DNA of 64,000 nucleotides from Takakia lepidozioides (taxonomy: Eukaryota; Plantae; Bryophyta): NCBI GenBank assembly GCA_030704615.1, contig CM060734.1, positions 1,178,001-1,242,000 of the forward strand, written 5' to 3'. The notes beneath the pieces are model-generated. The model did no database searches. It saw only the letters and a list, made by a program, of their open reading frames with translations, and was not told the origin of the DNA. A program made the translations under genes and the position numbers. Position 1 is the stretch's first letter. Every line of letters begins with the position of its first letter. Positions 45,034 through 60,000 of the stretch are shown in pieces.

Positions 45034-48000
45034 ATGGTTGTGTCTGGGGTGCTTGATCTCACTCACTCACCTCTCGCTCTCACTGCTTTCCCCTCTTCCA
45101 GTCAACTGCTTGCTGAGCATCGCCAAAGCTGTTCCAGCTATTGCCCTTCATTCCTCCACTTTCCATCTCGCGGGGTACTCCGTGTGCTTAACCGCACTGC
45201 AAATTCTTCGAACTGTTTCTGTGGTCAGACAGGTGGGAAGGCGATTTCATCGGTCCGGCTATATGGTTGCTTTGAGCATGGCATGATGGCTCTTTCTCGC
45301 GAGGGATCGAGGCCGAGGTCTTCTACACGATCCATTCCATACGTTTCTTTGCAGGAGGTTCAAGGTAGCCATGACGGAACTCGGGCATATAAGCCCGCAG
45401 GCCCTTGTTCCCAAAGTCAGGGAACAATCTTGAGCATGGAAACGAAAAAATGTCTCAATTTAGGTCAAAGTATTTTAGTTTCAAATGGAGCTCGGAAATC
45501 TGGGCGGGCTGGTAACATTGCAAGGAATAGGGATAGGTTAGCAGTAAGTGCGAGGTGCGAGGCTGACAGAGGGGCCACATATGGAGTGGGGAACGAAATT
45601 GTAGGATTTGCTGGAGCTGCAGGGGGAGTCGGGGGGGAGACCAATGGGCATGGAGGCGTTGGTGGAGCCGAGAGTGACAATTCTACTGATGTTCCCATTG
45701 CTGCGAGTGCAAAGAACGGGGGTGTCGGAGTGGAGGGCGTGCAGGCCGCTGTTGCTGCAAATGCCAAGTCCAGTACAGGTGACAAAGCAGAGTGGCGGAC
45801 TTTCATCTTGATGTAGATTGTATTTACGCTAAAAAATTTCACCAAACTTTTTGGAGATGGACTGACTCCTATCATTTGAAACTTTCGTGCTTTACATAGC
45901 TGCAGCAAAATGGTTGAAAAGCAAGGTAGGGAAGCGCTCCATCTGTAGCCAGGGTTGTCCATCTTGTACTTTTGTAGTTGCAAATAAGTACTGCTGTGAA
46001 GCCTCTTGAATCTAGAAGCCTTCAAGCAGGCCTGAGATTTGATGGCTCAATTTTAGCAACAATCACTCCCCTTCAGAAGTGCTTGGCATTGATGAGAATG
46101 GTCCATCTACTGATCAGATCATAGAACCGAGGAGTTCTGTTTAACAGCTATAGAGGAGCTCTGCAAGTATGCAGTAACATGTACTCGCATGGATAATGCC
46201 TTAACATTATACATGCTACGATGGGTATAAGGCCTTCCTTTGGGGATGCAATCTTGACATTGGACTGCCATGTCTCTCACAGCCGGTTTCATACCATGCA
46301 CCAGAATGGCCTGCATACTAATTAGGCAAAAAGGTGAACATTAAAATGTACTCATAAGATGTTGTTTCCAGTACCCTTGTGGCCATTGACCCCGCGCCCA
46401 GTTTGAGCGGAACACAAAGGGACAGAACCTACCTGTTCAGGGGCTGAAGTCGGTAGTAAGACTTACCTTGAAATAAACAATTGATCCGGGTTTTCCAGAT
46501 ATCCTCTAGAAATCCCTTCACACAAGCATCACTCTGCTGTGTGTGGTTTGCCCAATAACTAGGCCCCAAAAGGGCCTGGGCTTTTGGCTCAGCCTCGAGA
46601 CTTTCAAAGCTGGTAAACAGAGGTACAGGCACAATTCCCTTTGATAGATTTGAGGAGAGCGTCTCTCTGGTGAGAGAACCCCGGACAGTGAATCAGAAAA
46701 TGAATATTGTCTTCAGGTTGGCCACACATCGGGCAATTGCACTCTCCCTTTCCTCTCTGCTTCTGTTTGCTGTTCAAAGGTAGGTTTCCCGCCCTGAGTT
46801 TAAATTTCAGTCTAGTGCTGAGAGTGGGTAGACCCTTGAGGTCATCCATGATGTCCTCCCCCATGTCACAGACTGGAAACAAGTTCAGGGAAGTTTTCTG
46901 CCTAACTTCATTTTCATCAGACAATTTCCTGGCAACAGACATGGCTTTGGACACTACAGCCTCTAAGTCAGATTTATCCAGCAGGGTCAAGACTTGCGGA
47001 CTAAGATTCAGATCCTTGGGAATCTCTTCTACTCTCTTCTGCCAGGACTTAGCCTGTTTGACAGGGCGATCCTGTTTCCAAGATATAGAGTCGATTAACT
47101 TAGGATATCTGATGTTGGACATATGTTGCAGCTGACCCCACCATCTGACCTTGAATTCATCTCGTTGGGAGCGTAAGGAAGGGATGCCAAACTCACCCCG
47201 AACAGCCACATTGGCCGTTTTGGAGCATGCTGACATGCACTCCTTAAGCACCCCCACTTGAATGGATTCTAGAGACTTAGCCTGGTTGGAGTTATCAACC
47301 CATATTGCAGATGCGTACTCCAAGGCAGGTCTAATAATGCGACAAAGCATGGTTTTCTTGACCTGGGAGTTGATCCCTCTGCAGTGGAAAGATTTAGTGA
47401 GACCAAGCGCTGTGCGCTTGCCAGTTTGAACAACTTTCTGAATATGTGCATCCCAATTACAGTTGGAGGAAAACTCAACGCCCAGGTATGTGTAGGAAGG
47501 GAAGACTGGAATCTCTTGGCTACCCACTGCCTCTTGAGATCACTTCCTCCCTCTCCTCGGTCGTTGAATGCCACCACTGCACATTTACTGACGTTAGCCT
47601 CTAGCCCCCAAAGGTCAAAGTATCTCTTCGTGCAATCAATCAACTCCTGGAGGTTGGAAGGAGTCTGCCCTATGCCTGCGAAGTCATCCGCAAACATAAG
47701 GGCTGGTATGGTGGCATCACCCACCCTCAACCCAAATCCCTCTCTTTCCACATCCTCGAGGAGTTGTTTGATGAAAACATTGAAGAGCAGAGGGGAGAGG
47801 GTACATCCTTGAGCTAAACCTTGGTCTATGTCAAAGAAGTTAGACTTCTGTTATTCCAACTGTGTCCTTCCATTCTTCAGAGGACCTCTCACTGTTAGAC
47901 CTAGAAATTCTGCCAAGGATACTGTAGTGGCTTTCAAAGGTTTTGACAATGTCAACCGTTGAAGTCACCACTGCACCCTTAGTAGTCCTCAGCGCTTGTA

Positions 48001-51000
48001 CTTGCTGACAGTTTTTCGGCTTGTACAAACGTTGGAACCAGAATCTCTTGTCATTACCACCATGGTGGTTTGAGTTTATTTCACTGTATAGCTGTCCCAG
48101 TATAATTTCTTCTGAGACCTTACAAGCTGATTGATATCTTTGCGGATCTGGTAGTACCTAGCCCACAATTCTTTGCTGGTTTTCAAATTGCAGCACTCTT
48201 TGTCTTGAGTTTAATCTCATCGGTCCACCAATTAACATTAAAAGGTGAACATTAAAGTTGGTGTCAGAGAGAAAAGACAAGCTGCAAAGTTGTACCAGTT
48301 TACCAGAGCTTTGATTCCTTCATTGGAGGTATTCTCCTCTGCAATAAGGTCTCTCCAGGTCGTGTATGCTTCTATCCCCATCATAAGGCTGTCTTTTCAG
48401 GCTTCTGATGTGTGTTTTGATTGTCAATACGACGTTTCAATGTGTTCAGTTAGCTGTAATGCAGTTATTCACATTTATACCTTCACTTTAATCGCTTTGT
48501 AAGTTGTCACTCCATTTCGGGAAAGCTGCAGTCAATCAAGACCTGTTCTTGGTTTAGTTGGGAAGCAATCAGTTGAAGTACTGAAGTGGTATGCACTTAC
48601 AGTTGGATTGGCTCATGCAGACAAGATTAGAGAAAGGGAAGATGGTGAGTCCCCTGTTGCAATGTTGAAAGAATTGCTGAAGGTTGCACAGGAGGACCTG
48701 GAGATGGCACGAGTTACCAGTGAGAGGCTGGAAGAGAAAGCTCGCGAAATTGCAGAGAAGGCATTTGCTTTGCGGGATGAAGCTGCGGATGCAGAGAGAG
48801 CTGCAGAAGCTGCAATGGTGGAGGTTGAGAATATTCTGGGTATGGAGTCAGGAGTTGAAAAAGATCTTGCAAATGCTCAGTCTGCTGTTGCTGCAGCCCG
48901 AGAACTCTTGGAAAGGACAGAGAAGGTACTGGCAGTGGCTCGCTTGAAGTTCGAGACGGAGCACCGCCGTCCAGCTGAAGTGGCTCAAGGTGGGGAAGAC
49001 TTGGAAGTTGGACTTCAAGAAGAGGGAGGAGAAGAGGATGAAGTTATTGCAGCAACCGTGGAAGTTGTGATGAAAGAGACTGTGGAAGTCAACAAGGAGG
49101 AAGTTAAAGACAAGGAAGGTGTTGATTTTCTGAAAGTGAAAGAAATGGGGGTAGAAGTACAGGAAAGCGTCAGTGCAGATATACATGTTCCCATGGATAC
49201 TGCTGCAGGAAAAGTGGCGAGAAGGATAATACAAGAGGAAGAGAAAACATTAGAAACGGCCAGAGCATCACTGGAGGCAAGCGAATTGGTCCTTTCCAAA
49301 TCTGAAGCTGAGCTTTCTCGAATTCACAGCTCCAAGCTGGAGCTCCAGAAAGAGGCTATGCGATTAAATGAGGCTGCCCAAAGGTCGAAAGAAAAGGCAG
49401 TGGCGGCCGATGAAGATGTGGCTCTTGCTATGTCACTCGCTGAGGAAGCTGTGGCAATGGAAGTTGAAGCGGCACAACGGGTGAGTGATGCGGAGATTGC
49501 TCTACAAAGGGCAGAGATTTCAGCAGAAGATGCCAGCCAGGCAGCTGCTGCTCTTGCATCGGTAGAAATTGCTGAGAAGCTCTCCCTGCAGGTGGCCAAG
49601 GTTGCAAATGCTCTCTTATTAGAGACTGAGATAAAACAAGAGGACAAGGGAGGACAAGAAAGGATTCAAGAGGAGGTAGAGGAGAAGGTGGGCATCTCTT
49701 CAAAAAGGAACTTGATCACTCAACTGCAAAATTGCCACTACATAGTAACTCAAAAGCACAAAACCGAGCTAGAGGCCAGCATTATTTCATGGTGGCAATT
49801 TGTTGATTTGCTAGAGGCTGTTCTGCGTCCAACAAGGTTTTGATTTGTAGTTTTTGTAGAGGTTTTTCTCAAGGTATACTTCATTCATAGCAGTTCAGCG
49901 ATGGCAGAACTTCCTGGGGGAGGAACTTGAAACGCAACAGCAAGGATATTTCTTGGAACTCAAATAGACTTTCAATGAAGAAGCAGGGTTTGCAAGTCAG
50001 CCTACTTCATGCAGTAGTATGGGAGGGTCACTGGTCAGGCATGGTTGCCGCAGGGGTAGGGGGAAGCGCAGTGATGCAAGCATCCAACTGAGTCCATTGC
50101 TTGAATCAAAATAATTGGGAGACATCTGAAGGCAAGCAAACTTTAGTCTGTCACCCTCTGGCTTTCCAATCTGAGTCCCATGATTTTTCTGTGTATTCCA
50201 ACGATGAGTTGCATTGTTCACTGTACATCATGCACATACATATATAAAACATCTGTGTGTTACATTGGCCGCTTTGGTGTTTTCGTGTTTGCAGCTAGTG
50301 GAGGTGTTGGCGGAAGTCCAAAAGTCTCCTCTCTCAGGCCCACTATATGTAATGGAGGTTGCTACAGTGCTACAGAATTGGTCCAAGGATGTCGAGACTG
50401 ATCTTAACAAGAGAGGGGAGGGAGAGATTAGCAAGGAAGCTGACTTGGACAAAATGAAAGCTGGAACTTCAACACCCAAGAAACCGGAATCGTCCATAAA
50501 GGAGTCTCCAGTCCCAAAATCCTCAACCAAGAGGTCGTCACGTTTTTTCTCGGCTTCATATTTCTCTTCTGGTGATGAGGCAGAGTTCTCGCCAGCTACG
50601 GTATTTACGGGGCTGGCAACTGTTGTGAGGGAGCATCTGGCAAAAGTGGTTGTTGGCATGGCACTTATTCTTGCTGGGTAATCATTCCATGTTCTGAGCC
50701 TCCAAAATAGATAGTTTGCAAGTCCTTCGAAAGTGTTTGCTTGGTCACGATAGCTCTTTTCGAGTATTATGAATTCTCAAGGAGAGGACGGTAATGTTTT
50801 TGCCAAAGAACTGAGCAAGGACCCAATTTTGGTCTTTCTCTAGGGGAGCATACTTGAACAACCGCATGGAGAAAAGGGCACAACTACTGCAGCCATCGGA
50901 AATCACAACCAGCATTGAGGAGGTGAGGGAGAGTGCAAGGCCACTGATCAAGGAGATTAAAAATATTCCACGACGACTGCAGAAGCTGATTGACAAACCC

Positions 51001-54000
51001 CCTCACCAGGAGGTATAAAGTCATTGATCTCCCTTACCAGATTTCAAGTTTTGTATCCTGTTGATGTCCACTTTTGCCAGCCTCATCCCTGGTCTTCTGC
51101 TGTCGTGGTGCCCATGCCCATCTCTATTTCTCTATCCCTACATGGCCATTCTGAACACAGAAGAACTAGTTTTTTTTTCTGCAGACAAACAAATGTATGT
51201 GAGCCTGAATTCACAGCCAATCTGTAGTCACATTTTTTCATTGAATCCTAATGCAGATCAATGAGGAGGAGACATCACTGTTTGACGTCTTGTGGTTGCT
51301 ATTGGCAAGTGTTGTTTTTGTGCCCGCTTTTCAGAAGATTCCAGGAGGTACAATCTGCCAGTAAGCTTAAATGAGTTTTTTGTATCTAGAATGTGGTGGA
51401 TGACAGGCCAAATCCTTTGCTGTTGTGTCTTGTACTGATCTGATATATTTGAAGTAGGCTGTAATACCGATTGTGGTCTCACCAGTGGATCAAGCCTTTG
51501 CAATTGTCATATTCTCTCCTTTGTTTTGCCTCCCTCTCTTCCGCCCTTTTCTGGTCCAGGAAACCAGGTATGGGTGGACACAAGTTTGAGGAAAGCAGTT
51601 TCTTATGCGTTCAATTTTTCCTTTCTCGGTACAAATGGCTCACCTACTTTCTGGATTTCTGCAGGGAGTCCAGTTTTGGGTTACTTGGCTGCTGGTGTGT
51701 TGATTGGACCTTACACACTCTCCATTATTCGGAACGTCCACGGAACAAAGGCGATCGCTGAGTTTGGAGTTGTGTTCTTACTCTTCAACATTGGACTTGA
51801 GGTCTGTCTTCATCTTACAGGGATGGTTTGTTGTTTCGCTCTCCTGTTTTCTGTTGGACTGACACATAGAGGAGATCTCAGTCTAAGAGCTGTCATGTCC
51901 TCTTTTGATGTCTCCCAAACTATGGGTGGTCGATTGTAGGTTGTTATTCATGTTATAGTCACTCTACAAGCGCCAATGGTTTAGATAGACAAAGAATGAG
52001 AAGTCAAGGTGGATTCATTTGTATGTGGCTTTTGTGCATGGCTTTAGCACAGCTCTCAGTGGAGCGATTGAGCTCAATGAAGAAGTATGTGTTTGGATTT
52101 GGATCTGCCCAGGTATGTGTCTGTTGCTTTGTATTTGTTCTCCTCCTAGAGCATCCAGAGACGATTGGCTGTTTTGTTTCACCTTGCTCTTTCTTCTTCT
52201 CAGCTGCTGCAAAAGTTGAATCAAATTCGATAACTCGATCATGTAGATATGCTTGTAAGGCAATCCCAATCAAACACTTATTCTGCCATGATATCTCTTT
52301 CACGAAACACTGGCTTGAATCATGGTAACCATGATGTCTCCCATCATAGCAAATGATGGGGCAGGTTCCTTGCTCTCAGTACATTAGTTTAAGCTTGCAT
52401 TCGGCAGGAGTCCACCTCTTTTTCAAGATTACATTGAGGCCTTTCAAGCACTTCCAACTCATGTTCTTTGATGTGGTGCTAGTGCAGAAGGGTACAACTC
52501 TGATTGGTGCACTGTCATTGTGTGTGGGTAGTTCTTGGGAACAGCACTTTTTGTAGGCTTGTTTGCACATTATGTATCGGGTGCATCAGTTCCCGCTGCC
52601 ATCGTCATTGGCAATGGGTTGGCCCTTTCTTCAACTGCAGTTGTGATTCAGGTCTGTTTCCCATCACCTCTCCAATTCTCTTTCTCTCCCTCCCCACTGT
52701 CTCTCTGGGAGGGTTGTTTTGCCATCGAAACTAATGTCATCATAGCTGATGTTCACAGGGAACAGTCAACAGCGACATTCTCTTCCTGCTCTCCCTCTCT
52801 CACCTCTCTCTGTGGTCAGCAGCACCTTGAAACAAGTAGCAATGGAGTTCATATTCCATTTCACAAAGCATAAAACTGCCAATGTGCTCCTAGTGTGTAT
52901 TTTGTTCATCATTAGAAGTCAACTTTTATATTTTGTATTGGTAGTAGAAAGTTATTTTCAAGGCTGAAAAATTGAAAGGTGGATGTACTCAGGTTCTTCA
53001 GGAGCGTGGGGAGAGCACAGCACGGCATGGACGTGCTACTTTCTCTGTTTTACTTTTCCAGGTATAAAGTTTTCACAGGTCTCAACACCTTTGTGATGTC
53101 ACACAGGTTTATCCTAGGTCTCATCTTCATGTGCTATTACTGCTTGATGCAGGTATGATTTATTTTCCTCTGTATACAGGGTCCTGTATGAGCTTGTAGG
53201 TATAGGCATTGGACTTACATGGAGTTGGAAGGTTAATACTCACTTATGCTTCCATTGAAGCAAATGGAGTAGTCAATACAAAAAATCTGATTCAGAAATA
53301 TATATGTTGTTTCCAGGTTAGAGTTTCTCTGGAAGGCTGTCTTTCTTTCTCATCCTCTTTTTCTGAAGTCTGTCTTAACACATTGATTTGCCACTGATTG
53401 GGCTCTTGGGGTATCTTTGCTGAGCAGGATTTGGCAGTGGTGGTGCTTCTGATCTTGATTCCTCTGATCTCCCCGAACTCTTCCAAAGGAGGGGTAAGTG
53501 GTGTTGTGTTGGCGCTTTTTGCATGATTCTTGCACGCTTGAAGACTGTCATGCTGGTACTCAGTGTTAGATGGGGGCAAAGTTCTTATATTCCTTAAAGA
53601 TGAGAAGTGAGCTCAGTGCACACTCTTGCTATGTGTTTATCACAAAACCCATCTGTCCCAGTTCTGTAGTCTGTCTGCCTTTAGTATACAACTACCCACA
53701 TGGTAGTGAGTGCCCAAATTCTCTTAGATGTCTAATCTTTTTGTCCCTGGTGAAATTGCAGGTAGGATTTCAGGCAATAGCAGAGGCCCTGGGTGTGGCA
53801 GCAATCAAGGGTGTTGTTGCTATCACTGGCATCATTGCTGGAGGTCGTTTGGTATGTAATCAACTCTGCTAGCACTCTTTGGAACAGTAACTGATTTCAC
53901 AAGTGAAGCATTTTTGTCTTCCCTGTAACGTTGAATTCTTTGGCTTAGCTTGCCCTTGGAAGTCTGATAGTAAACCATGGGTTTGAAAGATTTGTGTGCA

Positions 54001-57000
54001 AAGTCACCAAAACAATACTTTTTATTGTGGATGTAATCAGTGTTCTGAGAAACATTCCTCTTTATATGGCTAGTTTGTTGAGTTGGAGCAAGCCTCTTAC
54101 AAGAAAATGTGGGAGTATGTGGAATGCCAGCTGCTACGACCCATCTACAAGAGCATGGCGGAGAACCATAATGCAGAGATCTTCGCAGCCAACACACTTC
54201 TGGTGGTTCTTGGTACCAGTGTTCTGACAGCCAGGGTACTCGTTCTTGGGCCTGCAAATGTTTCTGTTTATCTCTTAAGGGTGTGGTATGAAGGCCATAA
54301 ACCAAAACTATTGTGGGAAAAAGGTAGAACGCAACATATCTGTTGCAAAGAGGAGAGCTCAGGCATATACACTTGGGCTGAATCACTTCTCAGAGGAGAT
54401 CAAAAAACATTTTTACATCAGGCGAGGCAGAGTGTCAACCAAAACTGATGTGGCAGTGAGGGAACCAAAATTAGGCTATACATTTAGCCACTGTAGCCTG
54501 AAGCCAGGATTGATTGGGGCAAGGTTTACCCTATATATTAGAGTACCCAATCGACAGTCTCATTGTTGTTATCTAGAGATTGGGTTTGTTTTAGGCCTGA
54601 ATGGTATTTGTGCATCTTGAACCCATTGGCCTCTACTCTTCTTAGATTAGGAAGAGAGGGATCTTCAAGTATCTGGATGGGGCTTGTGGGACAGGCGGGG
54701 TTGTCGATGGCACTTGGTGCCTTTCTTGCAGGATTGCTGCTTGCTGAGACTGAATTTGCACTACAAGTGGAGTCTGACATTGCCCCCTACCGAGGCTTGC
54801 TCCTTGGTCTTTTCTTCATGACAGTGAGTGTCCTTTCTGTTGTACTTCAATTCCTTGAAAGTCAATGGTGTACTCCAAGTGTGGTTTGGAAAGGGCTGCC
54901 AGTGGGACTGGGGCTGGGAGTTCTGTAAGAGAGTTTAGGTTGCTGACTGTCGATATAACAGGTCTGAAAAGAGGGAGTGCCCCTCCATAAAGTGATGATA
55001 CTCCACCAAGGGGAAACCACATTGGTCAGAAAGGACAGTAAAATGTACACTTTGCAAACTCACAGAATTGCTTTGTGATGTACTGAAGCAGTAGTTCCCA
55101 TGTAATGTTAGCTTGCAGATAGTATTCACAGGTTTGGAGGAGAGCTAGTACATGTATTCTCTTCATACCGTCCTCTCTCTTTGTGTATGCATACTATGCA
55201 GCATTGTATGCACTTCAAAGTGCTCATAGAGCTTGAACAAGTACCTTGCTTGTAGCCATACTGCAGCAGCAAGGTAAGTATTCCTTCAACTATTGCCTGC
55301 TCATTTCCCAAATGAGAAGAGCGACCAGGGCGTCTAAAGATATAGGGAGGCTGTATCAGATTAACACTTAGGGACAACCTTAATGAGTCTCTCCATTGAC
55401 CTGTTCCGTTCTGGACAGATTTTTCAACACAATAAGGGGATCAAGCAATTCCTGAGCGGTGTTACTAGGACTCAGCCACATTCAAGGAAAAAGAGATCAG
55501 GAGAAAGGATGAGCTATCACCATTGAAGTGAGGAATAGGCCTCTCTGATTAAACATGAGGTTAGTCCAATTTCTTTTAAAGTCTAAAATCTTTGATGCAA
55601 TCATGCAGGTGGGCATGTCCATAGATCCAAAGCTGTTTGTCGCGAAGTTTCCTATCATAGTCGGAGCTCTTGCCCTACTCATCACAGGCAAAGCATTACT
55701 TGTGACTGGTGTGGGCTGCTATTTTGGTCTATCAACTGTGGCTGCTGGGCGTGCGGGACTTCTTCTGGCCCCTGGAGGGGAGTTTGCTTTTGTGGCATTT
55801 GGTGATGCAGTAACTCACGTAAGTCTCTCCTTATCTTACTGGATGTGGTGAGTTGCCTGTCAGCATAGACTAGGCTCTGTTCACTTTGCTTGCCAAGGCT
55901 GAACTGGAGTTTCAATATCTTTTGGCCATTTTTATCCTAATAAACTGCATTGTTTGTGCTGATGCAGGGGATCATGAGTACTCAGATGTCATCATTGCTC
56001 TTTCTGGTTGTGGGTCTGTCAATAGCACTCACTCCATGGCTAGCTGCTGGTGGACAGCTACTGGCATCGCGGTTTGAGCAGCAAGATGTTCGGAGCTTGT
56101 TACCGGCAGAGACTGAGGTTCTGTTTCTCTCTCTCTCATTTTGTCCCATAAGCTCTATGAGCTTTCCGCGGACGTTATAAAGCACCATTTGATTTGATTT
56201 CATTTCTCTCTTTTCCGTCCAAACTGGGCACGGGGTCTATGGCCACAAGGCTATGGCAAGCAAAGTCTTATGAGTACATTCTCTCTCTCTCTCTCCCTCT
56301 AACTGGCAAGGGCAAAGCTCTGGGGCTCACTAAATATTTCCACTGCAGAGGGGTCAACTCTGAGGTTAAGAAAACCATGCTTTGTCGCGTTATTAGACCT
56401 TCCTTGGAGTACGGATCTGCTATATGGGTTGATAACTCCAACCAGGCTAAGTCTCTAGAATCCATTCAAGTGGGGGTGCTTAAGGAGTGTATGTCAGCAT
56501 GCTCCAAAACAGCCAATGTGGCTGTTCGGGGTGAGTTTGGCATTCCATCCTTAAGCTCCCGACGAGATGAATTCAAGGTCAGATGGTGGGGTCAGCTGCA
56601 ACATATGCCCAACACCAGATATCCTAAGTTAATCGACTCTATATCTTGGAAACAGGACCGCCCTGTCAAACAGGCTAAGTCCTGGCAGAAGAGAGTAGAA
56701 GAGCTTCTCAAGGACCTGGACCTGGATCCGCAAGTCTTGACCCTGCTGGATAAATCTGACTTAGAGGCTGTAGTGTCCAAAGCCATGTCTGTTGCCATGA
56801 GATTGTCTGATGAAAATGAAGTTTAGCAGAAAACTTCCCTGAACTTGTTTCCAGTCAGTGACATGGGGGAGGACATCTTGGATGACCTCAAGGGTCTACC
56901 CACTCTCGGCACTAGACTGAAATTTAAACTCAGGGCAGGAAGCCTACCTTTGAACAGCAAACAGAAGCAGAGAGGAAAGGGAGAGTGCAATTGCCCGTTG

Positions 57001-60000
57001 TGTGGGCAATCTGAAGACAGTATTCATTTTCTGATACACTGTCCGGGGTTCTCTCACCAAAGAGACGCTCTCTTCAACTCTATCAAGGGAATTGTGCCTG
57101 TACCCCTGTTTACCAACTTTGATAGTCTCGAGGCTGAGCCAAAAGCCCAGGCCCTCCTGAGGCCTAGTTTTTGGGCAAATCACACACAGCAGATTGATGC
57201 TTGTGTGACGGGATTTCTAGAGGATATCTGGAAAACCCGGATTAATTCTTTATATGAAGGTAAGTCGTACTACCAACGTCAGCCCCTGACAGAGGTAGGT
57301 TCTGTTCCTTTTGTTCCCGCTCAAACTGGACGCGGGGTCAATGGCCACAAGGCTACGGCAAACAACGTCTTATGAGTACAATCTCTCCCTCTAACCGGTT
57401 CTAACCGGTTTGATGCTCTAAATGAGGTTGATTCCAAGCAGCCAGACGGACAATCTGTCCTTAAGTGTGCTGAGCCTGAACGTCTGAAGGATTTGGTACT
57501 CTGAATGGCTTACCAATCCTTCAAGTTTACACCAGACGAGCAAAATCTACACACGGGGTAATTGTCCCGCCTTTGCAGAACGGTTGGCCGTCCAGGAGCA
57601 ACCATAGGCTACCTAGACAACAAACAATTCACATGCAAAGGGCTGGCTTGCGGCTGGGCACTTTCAATTTCTCAGGGCTGACTAACCAAAGGAAACAACT
57701 CGAAGTGGGACAAGTTCTTCGGGCCAATGACATTCATGTCTGTGCTGGGCAAGAGACATGGGAAACTCCGGACAAAGCGGTTGGAGATGTCAATGGTAAT
57801 AAGTGGATAGGTAAGATGTGCGCTCTTAAGGCAGCCGAGCACAGTATTTGTCTAAATCTGAAACTGAAGGGCGGCGTGAATACGAAGGACCTCTTTGTGG
57901 GTTGTGTTTACATGCCCACAGAGGGGACCCTTAGTGCTGACGCAGACAAAGCCTTCGAAGACATAAAGCTGGACTGTGCTAAGTTCCTTGCCAAAGGTCA
58001 GGTGGTTTTATTGGGTGACTTCAATGCCTGGGTGGGCAAAGGTCTCCATCAGGATGATACCATTGGGCCTTTTGGTGAGGACGAGCTGAATTCTAATGGT
58101 AGACGGTTAATTAACTGTCTGGAAGAGCTTCAGCTTTTGATCTTGAATAATAGGTCAAAAAGAGACCAAGTGCAGTGGACTCGTGAGAAAGCCCAAACTG
58201 GGGAACATTCCATTGTGGATTATATCATAATGGACAAAAATTTGTTTCCCCAGAGTGCCAGTGTGTTGATCGACAGAACTGATATTGGTACCTCTGACCA
58301 CTTCCTGGTTTGGACTGAGATCATAAGGTGTTTTCCCAACACCAAGAGATCTATGAAACGTTCGATTCGGAAGTGGCGCATAGAAAAATTCCATAATGAA
58401 GAGGTCAAGGCTGAGTATGTCCAGGCCTTGCAAGAGGCTCTCCCTCATTTTGTCCACTCGCTCCAAGACCGTCAGTCTCGCTCTGGCAATGCAAGAAATG
58501 AAGTCGAAAGTGGATTCTTGGGAGAGTTTTGTCTCCTCTGGCTGACAAGATCATTGGGAGGAAACTAATTGTCTGTGGTAGAGCTGTTGATTGGTGGACC
58601 ACTGAGATTAAACTCAAGATAGCTGAGAGACGAGTCCTCTATAAAGAGTGCTGCAATTTGAAAACCACCAAAGAATTGTTGGCTAGGTACTACCAGATCC
58701 GCAAAGATATCAATCAGCTTGTAAGGTCTCAGAAGAAATTATACTGGGACAAGCTATACAGTGAAATAAACTCAAACCACCATGGTGGTAATGACGAGAT
58801 TCTGGTTGGCCCTTCATCATTTGTACAAGCCGAATAACTGTCAGCAAGTACAAGCGCTGAAGACTACTAAGGGTGCAGTGGTGACTTCAACGGTTGACAT
58901 TGTCAAAACCTTTGAAACCCACTACAGTATCCTTGGCAGAATTTCTAGGTCTAACAGTGAGAGGTCCTCTGAAGAATGGAAGGACACAGTTGGAATAACT
59001 GTTCCTATGATTCAAGACAGCCCTGATGAACTGGAGTATATTTCAAAGGCTTACAACGCTCCCATTAGTTCTTCTGAGATTGTGGAAGCAATTGAGCATT
59101 TAAACGGATGCAATGCTGGTGGACCTGATGGCATAGTCAACGAGCTTTTCAAGCACGGCGGCGATCCCATGATAGAGGCCCTAGTTCTTCTCTTTAGCCA
59201 TATCTGGAGGACTGAAATGCTCCCCTTTCGCTGGCGACAGGGGGTCATTGTAAATCTACACAAGAAAGGTGACAGAGAAGAACCGGGGAACTACCAAGGC
59301 ATCGCGCTCCTCAATGCTGTTGGCAAGATATTTTGCAGAGTTAGAAGTACTCGTCTCGAGGTTGATGTGGAATCTAGAGGTTGTTTCCACGAAGGCCAAG
59401 CTGGCTTTTGGCGATACAGGGGCTGTGTGGATCATATCTTCACTCTAAGCCAGATTATCCAGGGAAGGAAAAAGGAAGGGAAACCCACTTTTGTTTTTCT
59501 CTTGGATGTCAAAAAGGCTTATGTGTGGAGAGACGGTCTATGGCTCTGCCTCTGGTCATGTGGGATCAAGGGAAAGATGTGGAGAGTTGTCCATAACTTG
59601 TATGCTCACACCAAAAGTTGTGTCACTGTTAATGGACAGAAGTCTAACTTCTTTGACATAGACCAGGGTGTAGCTGAAGGATGTACCCTCTCCCCTCTGC
59701 TCTTCAATGTTTTCATCAATTAACTCCTCGAGGATGTGGAAAGTGAGGGTGGGTGATGCCACCATACCAGCCCTTATGTTTGCGGATGACTTCGCAGGCA
59801 TAGGGGAGACGCCTTCCAACCTCCAGGAATTGATTGATTGCGCGAAGAGATACTTTCATCTTTGGGGGCTAGAGGCTAATGTCAGTAAATGTGCAGTGGT
59901 GGCATTCAACAACAGAGGAGAGGGAGGAAGTGATCTTAAGTGGCAGTGGGGTAGCCAAGAGATTCCAGTCCTCTCTCCCTACACATACCTGGGCGTTGAG

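Noticed and set aside
48608-49843. Stand-alone myosin/SMC-like coiled-coil gene
   Set aside because: It is exon 2 of KEA1/2 (the N-terminal coiled-coil region) and is splice-phase compatible with the flanking exons.
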